Program-made: the position numbers and the translations under genes
Source of the DNA: Candidatus Multivoradales bacterium
GTDB lineage: Bacteria; Acidobacteriota; Thermoanaerobaculia; Multivoradales; Multivoraceae
Assembly: GCA_965223325.1 (NCBI GenBank)
Contig: CBDCWI010000002.1
Location: forward strand, 960,001-1,024,000
Direction: 5' to 3'
Length of the DNA: 64,000 bases
Shown here: in pieces, positions 31,581 to 41,412 of the stretch
How positions within the stretch are numbered: position 1 is the stretch's first letter
Layout: the number at the start of each line of letters is the position of its first letter
Notes under the pieces: generated by a model
The model's input: the letters and a program-made list of their open reading frames with translations, nothing else
The model's database searches: none
What the model was told of the DNA's origin: nothing

Positions 31581-32510
31581 ATGCGCCCTAAGAACATCCT
31601 CCTACCGACAGACTTCTCACCGCCGTCTTTGGCAGCCCTCGAGCGGGGTTTCGACATGGCGAAGCAGTTCGATGGGACACCTCACTTCGTCCACGTCGTT
31701 CAACTCATGGACTTCACACCAATGATGTCCGCGCACGAGACGACGGCCTCGTTTGGTGACCTGTATCAACAGGTCGTCAAGCGGGCGGAGGCACGGCTCC
31801 AGGAGATCGCCACAAGGCTAGCGGGCGACCAGGAGAGCTCTCCGACCGTTTCGGTGATCGAGGCCAACTCGATCTCGACGGCTCTCTGCGACTACGCTCA
31901 TGCCAACGGCATCGATCTCATGGTCGTCGGAACCCACGGACACTCTGGTCTCAAGCGCTTCATCCTCGGCAGCGTCGCAGAGAGATTGGTCCGGCTTGCG
32001 CCCTGCCCCGTGATGACCATTGGTCCCGAAGTCTCCATCCAACCCGAGCGCCCCCTCCGCATCCTCGGGGCGGTAGACCTGGCCCATACGACGGACGAGG
32101 TCATCGAGACCGTTGGGAACCTGGCCAGCCTCTACGGTGCTGAGTCGTACTTCCTCCACGTCGTCCGCCCAGTCGTTTTCTCAACCACCTATGAGGCGGT
32201 CGCACTTCCCCAGGTGGATCTGCAGCGACTTCTAGAGGCAGGGGAAGAGGGTCTCGAGAAGGCCCTGCACAAACATCACCTCAACGAGTCCGCGACCTCG
32301 CACGTCGTGTGCGGAGCGATCGCTGACGCGATCGTCGCTCACGCCGAAGAGCATGAGATCGACCTGATCGTCGCAGCGACTCACGGTAGAAAGGGCATTC
32401 CCCACGTCCTCCTGGGCTCTGTCGCCGATCGGGTCGTTCGCACCGCGAAGTGCCCGGTGCTCGTTCTGCGCAGCGCCGACGACGCCAAGACGGAGACCAC
32501 CGCAGCATGA
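31581..32510 (+). CDS. Universal stress protein with tandem USP domains
   Basis: ILLPTDFS, GTHGHSGLKRFILGSVAERLVR and ATHGRKG...LLGSVADRVVR..CPVL. Confidence 0.95.
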   Translation: MRPKNILLPTDFSPPSLAALERGFDMAKQFDGTPHFVHVVQLMDFTPMMSAHETTASFGDLYQQVVKRAEARLQEIATRLAGDQESSPTVSVIEANSISTALCDYAHANGIDLMVVGTHGHSGLKRFILGSVAERLVRLAPCPVMTIGPEVSIQPERPLRILGAVDLAHTTDEVIETVGNLASLYGAESYFLHVVRPVVFSTTYEAVALPQVDLQRLLEAGEEGLEKALHKHHLNESATSHVVCGAIADAIVAHAEEHEIDLIVAATHGRKGIPHVLLGSVADRVVRTAKCPVLVLRSADDAKTETTAA

Positions 32511-33016
32511 GACATCGCTTGCGCCTCTTTCGTCGGACAAGAAGGCGACTCTGGGCGACCTCTTTGCCGGTGGCGCTCCTCATCGCGGCCCTAGGAATTG
32601 GGCATGCGTCCACCCCGAGGGCGAGGGCCGAGCCAGCCCAACTCGAGGAAGAAAACCCTGCCTACTCCGAGACTCTTGAGATCGTGCTTCCCGCCGGTGA
32701 CCCAGCCGAGGGTAAGCGGGTCTTCTCTGAGTTTCTGTGCGAAGCCTGCCATCAGGTCTCCGACGATCCAGACTTCAGGACCATGGGTACCCTGGGCGAG
32801 GGGCCTGACCTGGCCTTGAGTAGTGCCAAGCCTGCCGGCTACATCGTGACGGCAATCATTGCCCCGAGTCACGACATTCCGCCTGACCCGGACACGCAGA
32901 AGCGCTTTCGCAACTACTACGGCGACTCGGTCATGCCGAGCTTCAACGAGACCCTGACCGTGCGAGGCCTGGTGGATCTCGTCGCATACCTCACTTCGAG
33001 TGCGAGCACCCCATGA
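32507..33016 (+). CDS. Monoheme c-type cytochrome
   Basis: Signal peptide, GDPAEGKRVF, CEACH, distal SVMP. ATGA overlap with the USP gene. Confidence 0.85.
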   Translation: MRHRLRLFRRTRRRLWATSLPVALLIAALGIGHASTPRARAEPAQLEEENPAYSETLEIVLPAGDPAEGKRVFSEFLCEACHQVSDDPDFRTMGTLGEGPDLALSSAKPAGYIVTAIIAPSHDIPPDPDTQKRFRNYYGDSVMPSFNETLTVRGLVDLVAYLTSSASTP

Positions 33017-33786
33017 CCGACCGACTCTTCAAGACTCTGTTCGCATGCCTTCTCGGTGCGATCGCCTACGCCATGCTTCCCAGCATGGTCCTCGGTCAAT
33101 CGAATAAGTGCGCCGACTGTCACTTCGCCAACGAGACCAACGACCGCGCACACCTCCTCGACTGGCAGCGTTCGGCCCACGCCCCCAACGTGGGCTGTGA
33201 GGTCTGCCACGGCGGCGACCCGACGACCTACGCGACCCTGCAAGCTCATTCCGGCGTCACCACTTCGACGAACCCCGCCAGCCCAGCAAGCCGCGTGAAC
33301 CTTCCCGAGACTTGCGGAAGCTGCCACCGCGGTCCCATTGGCGCCTTCAAAGACAGTCGCCACTGGCAACTCATTCAGGAAGGCAACCGCGAGGCGCCCA
33401 CCTGCTCGACCTGCCATTCCGCAGGTGGGGGATTCCTGCTCTCGAGCCGGGGCCTCGAGCGGCGTTGCAAGCGTTGCCACGGCCCGGGGAAGGAACACGC
33501 GCGCCCCGATTTCCCCGTCCTTGCCGCGACCAGCCACGACGAGATCGAAACCGTGCGAGAGCTCCTGGCAACCGCCGAACGACTCGCTCGTCGGAGCCGA
33601 AGCAAGAACCAGCAGCGCGAATGGCTGTTAGAGATCGAAAAGGCTGAGGCTCCGTTGAAGCAGGCGATCGCCTCGACCCACCGTTTCACCTTCGAAGACT
33701 TCGACCAACGCGCCGCCCTCGCACTGGCGACTGCCGAGGCACTCCTGATCGAAATCGCGAATCAGGGTCACGCGAAGGAACCCTGA
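33013..33786 (+). CDS. Multiheme (5 CxxCH) c-type cytochrome
   Basis: CADCH, CEVCH, CGSCH, CSTCH and CKRCH, a signal peptide, and an ATGA overlap. Confidence 0.9.
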   Translation: MTDRLFKTLFACLLGAIAYAMLPSMVLGQSNKCADCHFANETNDRAHLLDWQRSAHAPNVGCEVCHGGDPTTYATLQAHSGVTTSTNPASPASRVNLPETCGSCHRGPIGAFKDSRHWQLIQEGNREAPTCSTCHSAGGGFLLSSRGLERRCKRCHGPGKEHARPDFPVLAATSHDEIETVRELLATAERLARRSRSKNQQREWLLEIEKAEAPLKQAIASTHRFTFEDFDQRAALALATAEALLIEIANQGHAKEP

Positions 33787-33872
33787 GACCATCCACCGTC
33801 TCGGTGCCGGTTCGCTCTAGTCGCTCGATGCTGCAGAGCTCGGGGTTCGGTCCTGTCCTTGATCGCTCCACC

Positions 33873-33957
33873 TGGTGACCTGTCGAGGAGTGACAACACA
33901 GAGATCGAGCGCGAGGACCGCGCAGACGCTGTGCGTTTCAATGGTACGGGGTACTAG
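33873..33957 (+). repeat. Right half of the 166-bp element, copy 2
   Basis: Near-identical to 37563-37647, ending ...TTTCAATGGTACGGGGTACTAG. Confidence 0.9.
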
Positions 33958-34080
33958 GCACCAACCCCCACGAGATTCACCAGGAAACGTAGGCCACGCG
34001 GCGAAAGCTCTGAACGTGGACTCCTCTATACGTGAATAGACGGATCCGCCCCAGAACCCTGCTCTTGACGAGGTCCCGCC

Positions 34081-37000
34081 ATGCGTCCGCCCTACCTGTC
34101 ACACGCGTCCCTCTTCTGCCCAGCGGGACTCATTGCGGTTCTAGCTCTCCTGGCACCGACCCCAACTTTCGCCCAGACCCTGTTCACCGATGCGGCGTAC
34201 GTCTACCCGGGCATCGAGCCGTGCCCGGACGACTACACCCAGGTCGCGAACTGCTACAACGAAGAGGCACCGCCCCCTCCGAGCATCCGGCGCTCACTGG
34301 TCACCCCGATGGAGAGCTACTCCCTCTCGAACGCCTTGAGTGCATGGGAGGTCCCTCTCGATTGTGAGATCAACCCACAGACACCGGGCGATCGCCTCGT
34401 CCTACCGTTTCGGCGGGCGGCCTCCAATGATGCCCGCCTCGTCGTTCGCGGCAGAAAGCCGCCCGACGACCACGCCTACGCCCAGGTCACCTCCGGATAC
34501 GTCCCCGCGATCATGTTGTTCCGCGGCGAGTCTGTCGCCCACGACCTCAAGGTCGGCGCGCAGCCGGCGATGGACGAAGTGGCGGTCGGCTATCTCCACC
34601 CGGTGATGGTCCACAACCCGTGGGACTCCAACATGGCATCGAAGTACGACCTCGACGCGGCAATCCTCGACGGGCCGGGCACCTTCCACATGGATCTATG
34701 CGAGGACGCTTCCGCCGAACCACGCTACTGCACGGCCCCACTTTCGAACGCCGGCGGTTCGGGTGAGTGGGTCGAGGGCGACTGCTACGACGAAACCGTG
34801 CTCGTGTCGCTCGAACAAGGTGATCTCAAGAAGGCCGAGCTGCGTTCGGTGCCGCTGACGATCTTTCTTCCCGACGCCAAGTCTTCCACCAACTCAGACA
34901 TCTACATCTACCCGCGCACTACCGGGTCGACCCTGCCCGCTATCTCACTGGTCGAGTCACTTGACCAGGTCGGCGTCGACCAGAGCTGGAACGACGTGCT
35001 CTCCGCCTGCGAGGACGACGGCGCAGGCCTACCCTTCTACTGCCAGTACGTAGCATCGCAAAGCTTTCTCGAGAACTTCCTCGTCCACAAGAAGAAGGAC
35101 TGGGAGACCGATCCCTACGTTGTGCAGGCCGGTGGCGTCAACTCGAGCTACTACTTCACCTTCCTCGAGCCAATGACCACGAGCGACGGCCGTCTTCTGG
35201 TGCTCAACGGTGGCTCGTCGCTCTACTACTCGTTCAACGAGGACCGCTGCGAAGCAGCCGGCTTCACGCGCTTCGAACCCGTTTCGAAAATGCCGGTCGA
35301 CCCCGACATCTACAACAACTACGACATCGGGAGATCGCAACGGCAGGGCGGCCAGCCAATCCCCTTTCGCACCAGCCTCAACACCCCGATTGAACCCGGA
35401 AAACGCATCGACGGCGCCTACCCCTGGATCGATCGGCAGGGCAAGAACCTCGTCTTTTCGCATCAGAACGCTGCTCGTGACCACTACAAGGCGTCATCCT
35501 TCCACCCCAGCCATTCCAGTCAGACCGACCCTTTCGACATGCCGGGCAACCGCAACCGAACCAATCCCGACCAGGAGCCCGGCAAGCAGGTCTCGGTACT
35601 GGGTGCCTGGACGCAGGGCAAGACCGTCGTCCTCGACAACGTCTCGAACTACTCGGACTTCGGCGGCGTCGGCCCCTACCGCTATGTCGGCTCACCGCAC
35701 CTGTTCACCAAGTCCTTCAAGCTCGACCTCTACCAGGGTGAATCCACCCTCGTGCGCCCCCTGGCACCGCGCGGACTCTCCTCGCTCGAGAATCAGTTCA
35801 ACCACGTCAACTCAATCTCACCCTTGTCGCCGTTTGACGTGGTGTGGAACGTCTCAACGAACACCAAGCGAAACTCCGAGGTCATCTTCGACGAGTACCT
35901 ACTGAATAGCGCGCTCATCGTCGCCCACATGAATGCACCGGTCGGCGACTTCCCCGACATCGGCGGTCAGGACTTCCGTGCCCTCCCGATCGACGGCTTC
36001 TTTCCCGAAGTCCCAACCGCCAACGTGCGAGGCGGAGGCAACGCTCGTTTCGGCTACCTCCATAGCCCATACGTCCAGAACGCGGCCACGACAAGCACGG
36101 ACTTCCGCACCAACGCCGATTCGATTCCATCCCATCTCTACCTCATGGGCGGTGCTCGCATCGAGCCCGTGGCCATGGGTGGAGCGCGCGGCAAAGGCAT
36201 CTACCTCGACGGTCGGAACGACTATCTCGAAACGGCCGACACCTTCGACTTGGTCGATCCGGGAGACTGGTACCTGGGAGTCTGGCTGGACTCACGAGAA
36301 GCGTCCGCATCTCGGGTCCGCACGGTCTTCTATCTACCGGACGGGTCTTCGATCGCCATGTCACGCGAGGTGATCCGAACCCGCAAGAACGCCGCCCCGA
36401 ACGGCCCCTACAAAGACCTGCGGATTGCTGATCTCGGCCTCGAGGAGTCGACGTTCTACCACTTCGGTGTCAAGGTCCGAACCACCCTCGGCAAGAGCGG
36501 CCTCGAACGACGACTCGAGTTCCTGATCAACGGTACGCGGGTCGAGAACAAGGTCCTCGAGGTGGGCAACGTGGAGTATCCAGGTCGCGACTCCATCAGC
36601 TACCCACTCCAGGAGGGGACTACGTTTCGAATTGGCGGCGTCGCGACACCCCGCTTTGTGCTCGGTCATCCGGGACCGGGCGGTCGGCGGCAGGCAGAGG
36701 AACCCGATCCTGGCACCGACGAGCCGTCACCGTTCAAAGGATGGGTCGATGAACTGAGGGTCTACCGCCTCGACGAACAAGCAGCCGAGCCCCAGAGCCA
36801 CTTCGACGAGTTCGCCTGCAACCTGGCACTGGGCACCCTGGTCAGGGTTCGCGAGAACGACACCCATCCGCTCCTCGAGCCTCTGGTGGCCACTGCCTGG
36901 CGACACGGCCTCTACCACGGAACGCCGCCGCCGGGAATCATCGGCGGCCGCGCTCGGGAGTTCTTGATCTTCGAAGACGACTTCGAGACCGGAAACCTCG

Positions 37001-37485
37001 ATCGCTGGCTGGCTACCGACGAGGCCCAGCGCGCCCTGGTGTGCGAGCAAATGGTCATCGGGTCGTTTGACAGCCTCAACGAGTACCCAGATCAACACGA
37101 TCAGACGCTGTGCGCGGGAAGAGTTCACAAAAACGCGATCGCCGACGACGCTCTCGCTTTGCGCTGCATGCGCGAACACATCTACGAGATCGCCGACAAG
37201 CCGCTCGAGGCTGGCCAGCCGCGGCCAGACTTCTCTACCCTCCCCTTCTGCCAGTCCTGCCATGACGAAGAAGCCACCATCGCAGGGCTCGACGAGCCCG
37301 CGCTCGAAGAAGGCACTCTCGCCCGCCAGAACGATCCGCGACGCCAGCCGCTCGACCACCGCCAGAAGATCACCGGCTGCATTCCTGACGTCGCACCCTT
37401 CTCGGCAGGAGACGACCGCTGCGCTCCCGGCCAGCTGTGGATGGACTGGGTGTTTGACTACTCGCGCAAGGTCGAAAACGACTAG
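34081..37485 (+). CDS. Large secreted hypothetical protein with LamG-like region and C-terminal CxxCH
   Basis: 1134 aa with a signal peptide, GIYLDGRNDYL...FKGWVDELRVY (LamG-like), CQSCH near the C-terminus, and an internal IFEDDFETGNLDRW. Confidence 0.75.
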   Translation: MRPPYLSHASLFCPAGLIAVLALLAPTPTFAQTLFTDAAYVYPGIEPCPDDYTQVANCYNEEAPPPPSIRRSLVTPMESYSLSNALSAWEVPLDCEINPQTPGDRLVLPFRRAASNDARLVVRGRKPPDDHAYAQVTSGYVPAIMLFRGESVAHDLKVGAQPAMDEVAVGYLHPVMVHNPWDSNMASKYDLDAAILDGPGTFHMDLCEDASAEPRYCTAPLSNAGGSGEWVEGDCYDETVLVSLEQGDLKKAELRSVPLTIFLPDAKSSTNSDIYIYPRTTGSTLPAISLVESLDQVGVDQSWNDVLSACEDDGAGLPFYCQYVASQSFLENFLVHKKKDWETDPYVVQAGGVNSSYYFTFLEPMTTSDGRLLVLNGGSSLYYSFNEDRCEAAGFTRFEPVSKMPVDPDIYNNYDIGRSQRQGGQPIPFRTSLNTPIEPGKRIDGAYPWIDRQGKNLVFSHQNAARDHYKASSFHPSHSSQTDPFDMPGNRNRTNPDQEPGKQVSVLGAWTQGKTVVLDNVSNYSDFGGVGPYRYVGSPHLFTKSFKLDLYQGESTLVRPLAPRGLSSLENQFNHVNSISPLSPFDVVWNVSTNTKRNSEVIFDEYLLNSALIVAHMNAPVGDFPDIGGQDFRALPIDGFFPEVPTANVRGGGNARFGYLHSPYVQNAATTSTDFRTNADSIPSHLYLMGGARIEPVAMGGARGKGIYLDGRNDYLETADTFDLVDPGDWYLGVWLDSREASASRVRTVFYLPDGSSIAMSREVIRTRKNAAPNGPYKDLRIADLGLEESTFYHFGVKVRTTLGKSGLERRLEFLINGTRVENKVLEVGNVEYPGRDSISYPLQEGTTFRIGGVATPRFVLGHPGPGGRRQAEEPDPGTDEPSPFKGWVDELRVYRLDEQAAEPQSHFDEFACNLALGTLVRVRENDTHPLLEPLVATAWRHGLYHGTPPPGIIGGRAREFLIFEDDFETGNLDRWLATDEAQRALVCEQMVIGSFDSLNEYPDQHDQTLCAGRVHKNAIADDALALRCMREHIYEIADKPLEAGQPRPDFSTLPFCQSCHDEEATIAGLDEPALEEGTLARQNDPRRQPLDHRQKITGCIPDVAPFSAGDDRCAPGQLWMDWVFDYSRKVEND

Positions 37486-37647
37486 TACCCCGTACCATTG
37501 AAACGGATAGTGGCTGAGCGGATGATCGTGCTCGAGATCAAGGCGTCACGACAGAGGCATATTGGTGATCTGTCGAGGAGTGACAACACAGAGATCGAGC
37601 GCGAGGACCGCGCAGACGCTGTGCGTTTCAATGGTACGGGGTACTAG
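37482..37647 (+). repeat. 166-bp CTAG-bounded MITE/REPIN-like element, copy 3
   Basis: Perfect 24-bp terminal inverted repeat CTAGTACCCCGTACCATTGAAACG. Confidence 0.92.
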
Positions 37648-38543
37648 GAGCCTTCGAACAGAAACCGCAGCCCGTTCGACAGCGCTCGCGGAAACACCGA
37701 GTGATGGGTTTCGTTGTCCAGGACCTCGTAGTGCAGGACGAGTCCCTCGTAGCGACGCGCTTCGATCTGCTTCCCGAAACGCTCGAGGTCCGCCACCATG
37801 TTGCGGCGGCCATTGTGCTCGCGCGAGCCGACTGACATGTAGAAGCGCCCAGAGAGCGCTTCGTAGACCGCCGCAAAGCGCTGCTCGTGGCCGAAAGTCC
37901 AATGATCGTCGTACCAGAGCGAAGGGCTGACGGAGAGCGTTCGGGTAAACAGTGCCGGTCGCTCGAACCGCGCCCAGGCAACGAACAAACCGCCGAAGGA
38001 GTGGCCAACGACCGCTCGTTCCTCGGACAACCGATAGCGCCGCTCGAGCTCTGGAACGAGCTCCTTCTCGAGGAAGTCGAGGAAGCGCGGAGCACCGCCC
38101 GAAAGCTTCTGCACCACGGCTCCGTAGCCGCCGGTCGGGACTCGGGTAGGCGTGTAGTCCCGCGTGCGGTTCGATCGATAGTCGAAGCTCGCCCGGTCAA
38201 CTGCGCCGTCGTAGCCGACGCCGACAACAACCAGCTCGGGAAGGTGGCGGCGCTCGCTCAAGTGGTCGACGATGTTGCGCGCGATCAGGAAGCTGTAGTG
38301 CGTGTCCAGGAGCACCAGGACCGGATAGGGGCCGCCGCCCTCGGCATAGCTGTTGGGCAGAGCGACCTCGATTCGATAGCGAACGCCGTTGCTCTTTGCT
38401 TCCAGCCAGAACTGTTCGGCTCGGGGAACTGTGAGGGGATGAGTTAGAGCCGGCTCATCGTCGAACAGTCGCGACGGCTCGGTCAGTATAGCGGGAGCTG
38501 CGAGCAGCGCGGTAACCACCAAGAAGGAGAAGGGGGTCTTCAT
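37644..38543 (-). CDS. Alpha/beta hydrolase, IroE/BesA-like esterase
   Basis: YPVLVLLD, RTRDYTP, GGAPRFLDFL, GHSFGG, SPSLW. Confidence 0.88.
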   Translation of the reverse strand: MKTPFSFLVVTALLAAPAILTEPSRLFDDEPALTHPLTVPRAEQFWLEAKSNGVRYRIEVALPNSYAEGGGPYPVLVLLDTHYSFLIARNIVDHLSERRHLPELVVVGVGYDGAVDRASFDYRSNRTRDYTPTRVPTGGYGAVVQKLSGGAPRFLDFLEKELVPELERRYRLSEERAVVGHSFGGLFVAWARFERPALFTRTLSVSPSLWYDDHWTFGHEQRFAAVYEALSGRFYMSVGSREHNGRRNMVADLERFGKQIEARRYEGLVLHYEVLDNETHHSVFPRALSNGLRFLFEGS

Positions 38544-38623
38544 CAGACCCCCAACCATACTGTGCCCGGTGCACCGTGCCCGGTGACCCGCGCGATCGGC
38601 CCGGGGCACAATCTGGAAACAAC

Positions 38624-38653
38624 GAGGGCGTTCGCAAACCTGCGAACGCCCTC
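38624..38653 (-). terminator. Hairpin, probable intrinsic terminator
   Basis: Perfect 13-bp stem GAGGGCGTTCGCA-aacc-TGCGAACGCCCTC downstream of the gene ending at 38680, with a weak U-rich tail. Confidence 0.6.
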
Positions 38654-38679
38654 AAAGCCCGGGTCACGAAACCGCAGGT

Positions 38680-39963
38680 CTAGGGACTTTCATCGTCGTC
38701 GTCTCGACGCAGCGGGCGGGTTCCGAAGAGACCGAGGTTCTCGGGCACGTACCCGGGTTCCGCGTCGGCATAGCTCACGAAGCCGAACATCATCTCGGAT
38801 GTCGTGGGCTCGCCGTAGGTCACCTCGATCGTGGGATCGGGGTTGAACGGGTTGTCGGCTGAGTTGTCCCACCACATCGTCATCTCGATCTCAGTGCCAG
38901 CCGGAACCTTCTTGCCACCTTGCGGGTACTCGTAGGTCGTTTGCCAGTTGAAGTCGTAGCGCGGAATGTCGAGGAGCACCTCGGTGCTGCCGTCCGGATA
39001 CTTCGCGGTGTACTTGGCCGCCTTGCCACGCAAGTGCATGTGTGGCGTGTAGGAGAGCAAGAGCACGTCGCGATCGAAGCGCGTTGTTGCGGTCGAGCTG
39101 TAGTCGCCGGCACCCGGCGGAATCTTGAAGTCGAACCGCGCCAGAGCATCATTCGCCACAATGTATTGAGGCTCGTAACCAACTGGGTAGAACTTGAGGG
39201 CGGCGCTCGACCGGTCGAGCGTTGCCGTGCCCGGGCCTGGCTCTTTGTGGTAGTGCATCTGCCAGGCGATCTCAGTGCCTGGCTTGATGTAGGTGCCGAA
39301 GCCGTCGTTGTAGACCGTCGGATCGTTTCCGGGAGCGATCCCACCGAGTGGACGCGCGATGATGTGATGCACCACCGAGCTGCCTGGCCGGAACTCGACC
39401 GCCTTCAGCCAGCGCGGTTCGGGCAGCATTTCCTCGGTGATCGTGGTGCGGAACGTGATGTAGTGATCTTCGATCTCATCCTCGACCAGGTAGTCGACAC
39501 CCATGTCGATCACCAGGTCGGGCGTGCCGATCGTCCAGCCATCGCCGCGCCACTCGGGCTGCGGCGGCGCGTCTGCAATGTCACCGGCAGGGGCGCCGGC
39601 CTTCGCCCATCGCACCAGGGTGGCGATGTCCTCTTCGCTCATGGTGCGCTCGTTGGCGAACACACCGTGCAGATCGGCCGAAGCATGCCAAGGCGGCATG
39701 GTCCTGGCCTGGGCCTGGCGGGCAATCGAGCGAGCCCAGGGCCGCGTCGACTCGTAGTCGGTAAAGGACATGGGTGCGACCATGCCACCGAGATTCGCGC
39801 CATCGGGACGGTGGCAGACCTGGCAGTTTTCCTGCAAGACCGGCAGGACATCACCATAGAAGGTCGGCTCGACCCGCTCGGCATCCGACGCCTTCTTCTT
39901 CGAAGCGAGGGCGGGCACAGCAGCGATCGAGAGGGTGAGTAGGACCAGGAAAAGCTTCTTCAT
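38680..39963 (-). CDS. Secreted cytochrome c fused to a copper type II (PHM/DBH-like) monooxygenase-like domain
   Basis: CQVCH and MPPW, then VVHHI, QMHY, PHMHLRG, YDFNWQ and EMM. Confidence 0.8.
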   Translation of the reverse strand: MKKLFLVLLTLSIAAVPALASKKKASDAERVEPTFYGDVLPVLQENCQVCHRPDGANLGGMVAPMSFTDYESTRPWARSIARQAQARTMPPWHASADLHGVFANERTMSEEDIATLVRWAKAGAPAGDIADAPPQPEWRGDGWTIGTPDLVIDMGVDYLVEDEIEDHYITFRTTITEEMLPEPRWLKAVEFRPGSSVVHHIIARPLGGIAPGNDPTVYNDGFGTYIKPGTEIAWQMHYHKEPGPGTATLDRSSAALKFYPVGYEPQYIVANDALARFDFKIPPGAGDYSSTATTRFDRDVLLLSYTPHMHLRGKAAKYTAKYPDGSTEVLLDIPRYDFNWQTTYEYPQGGKKVPAGTEIEMTMWWDNSADNPFNPDPTIEVTYGEPTTSEMMFGFVSYADAEPGYVPENLGLFGTRPLRRDDDDESP

Positions 39964-40140
39964 CACGGCGTGTTCCTCCAGTCTGGCATCAGCCTTCTGA
40001 TGCGTCATACCCGAAAAGCGTAACCCGCAGTTGCCACGGGAGATATCCGGAAAAGTACGTGGAATCCTTGCAGCTGCTGCAGATGGAGGAGGAGGTTCCG
40101 CTCGAGGCCTCCCGACACCGGTCCACCGCTGGCGACGTTT

Positions 40141-41412
40141 TCAGCCTCCAACCACGAATCGGGCCAGTAGCGCGAGAAACTCGGGGTCAATGCGGCGTGT
40201 CTTCGGATCAGAGATTCCGTGCCCTGCTCCATCGAAGACCCGCACCGTGAGGTCGACCTCGGGCGGAACCTCTCGCAGCAGCTCGACGCTCCGCTCGACC
40301 GGCACATTGTCATGCTCGTCCTCTCGTCCATAGACGATCAGTCCGCGTGCACGCAGGTTCTTCCAGTGCGGCAGCGGGTCGAAGTCACCGTTCAGCTGCC
40401 ACCAGGTGGGACGCTTCTTCTTCGCCAGGGCGGCCCGAAACTTCCCCAGCGCACCTCCACCCAGCTCGTGAACGACCTGCTGGTTGGGGGTGACCGCAGC
40501 GGCGGAGATTGCGACGACGAACTCGAAGGGCGGCCTTTCACCGTCGCTGTCTTGCCGGCGATCGCCACGGTCGACGCTTGCTGCCAGCGGCGCAATCCAG
40601 CCGCCCTGACTCATCCCGACGAGCCCGATCCGCATCGGGTCGACCGCTCCGTGGCGGCGCAGGTAGTCCGCCGCAGCCAGGGCATCGGTGGCGAACTGCT
40701 CGAAACTCGCTACCGTCCAATCGCCCCCGGACTTGCCGGTGCCGCGCTTGTCGGGCAGCACCACGAAGGCGCCCGCAGAGACCAGGCGATGGGCCATCGC
40801 CTGGTACCAGAGGTTGTCGCGGTCGCTTGGCCCGGAGCCGTGAATGAAGACCGCACCCGGACTGAGGCCTGCCGCAGATGGCCGGTAGAGCGTCGCCGAG
40901 AGGTCGACTCCAGAGTGCCCGATGGTGATCTCCTCGACGTGATAGGGGGGCGGATCGAGGCGCTGGGCGGCGTGCTCGTTCTTCTCGTCGTCAAGCCACG
41001 AGAACCCAGGCGGTGAGGTCTTGCCGTGGCCCTCGAGGAACTGCACCTGTCGCGCACCACCCTGGTGACACGACCCACTCCAGGTCCAACCATCGCCCTC
41101 GCGGATCATTCGGGTCGAACAGTCGTTCTCGAAGTCGGCCACGTACAGTCCTCCTCGAGCACTCGGCTGAACCAGCACGCGCTCGCCCGACTCCAGCTCG
41201 TACCAACCGTAGAGCCGGGTCTCGGGCGAGGCCTCCTCGGCCGCCGCAACCGTGGCCCCGACGGCCAGGAGTACCACCGGCAGCCAACGGGACCTGTGGC
41301 GGTGCCTGAGGTGCCGGGGCAGAGCCCCGCGGCCGTCCCGTCTTTTCTTCCAAGCTGCTTTCTTCCAACGGACTTTCTTCCTACGGATCAATGTCAATGC
41401 TGACTCGATCAT
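40141..41412 (-). CDS. Alpha/beta hydrolase (S9-like peptidase/esterase); start uncertain
   Basis: HGSGP, DKRGTGKSGG, GMSQGG, D.NVP, GAGH. Confidence 0.85.
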   Translation of the reverse strand: MIESALTLIRRKKVRWKKAAWKKRRDGRGALPRHLRHRHRSRWLPVVLLAVGATVAAAEEASPETRLYGWYELESGERVLVQPSARGGLYVADFENDCSTRMIREGDGWTWSGSCHQGGARQVQFLEGHGKTSPPGFSWLDDEKNEHAAQRLDPPPYHVEEITIGHSGVDLSATLYRPSAAGLSPGAVFIHGSGPSDRDNLWYQAMAHRLVSAGAFVVLPDKRGTGKSGGDWTVASFEQFATDALAAADYLRRHGAVDPMRIGLVGMSQGGWIAPLAASVDRGDRRQDSDGERPPFEFVVAISAAAVTPNQQVVHELGGGALGKFRAALAKKKRPTWWQLNGDFDPLPHWKNLRARGLIVYGREDEHDNVPVERSVELLREVPPEVDLTVRVFDGAGHGISDPKTRRIDPEFLALLARFVVGG

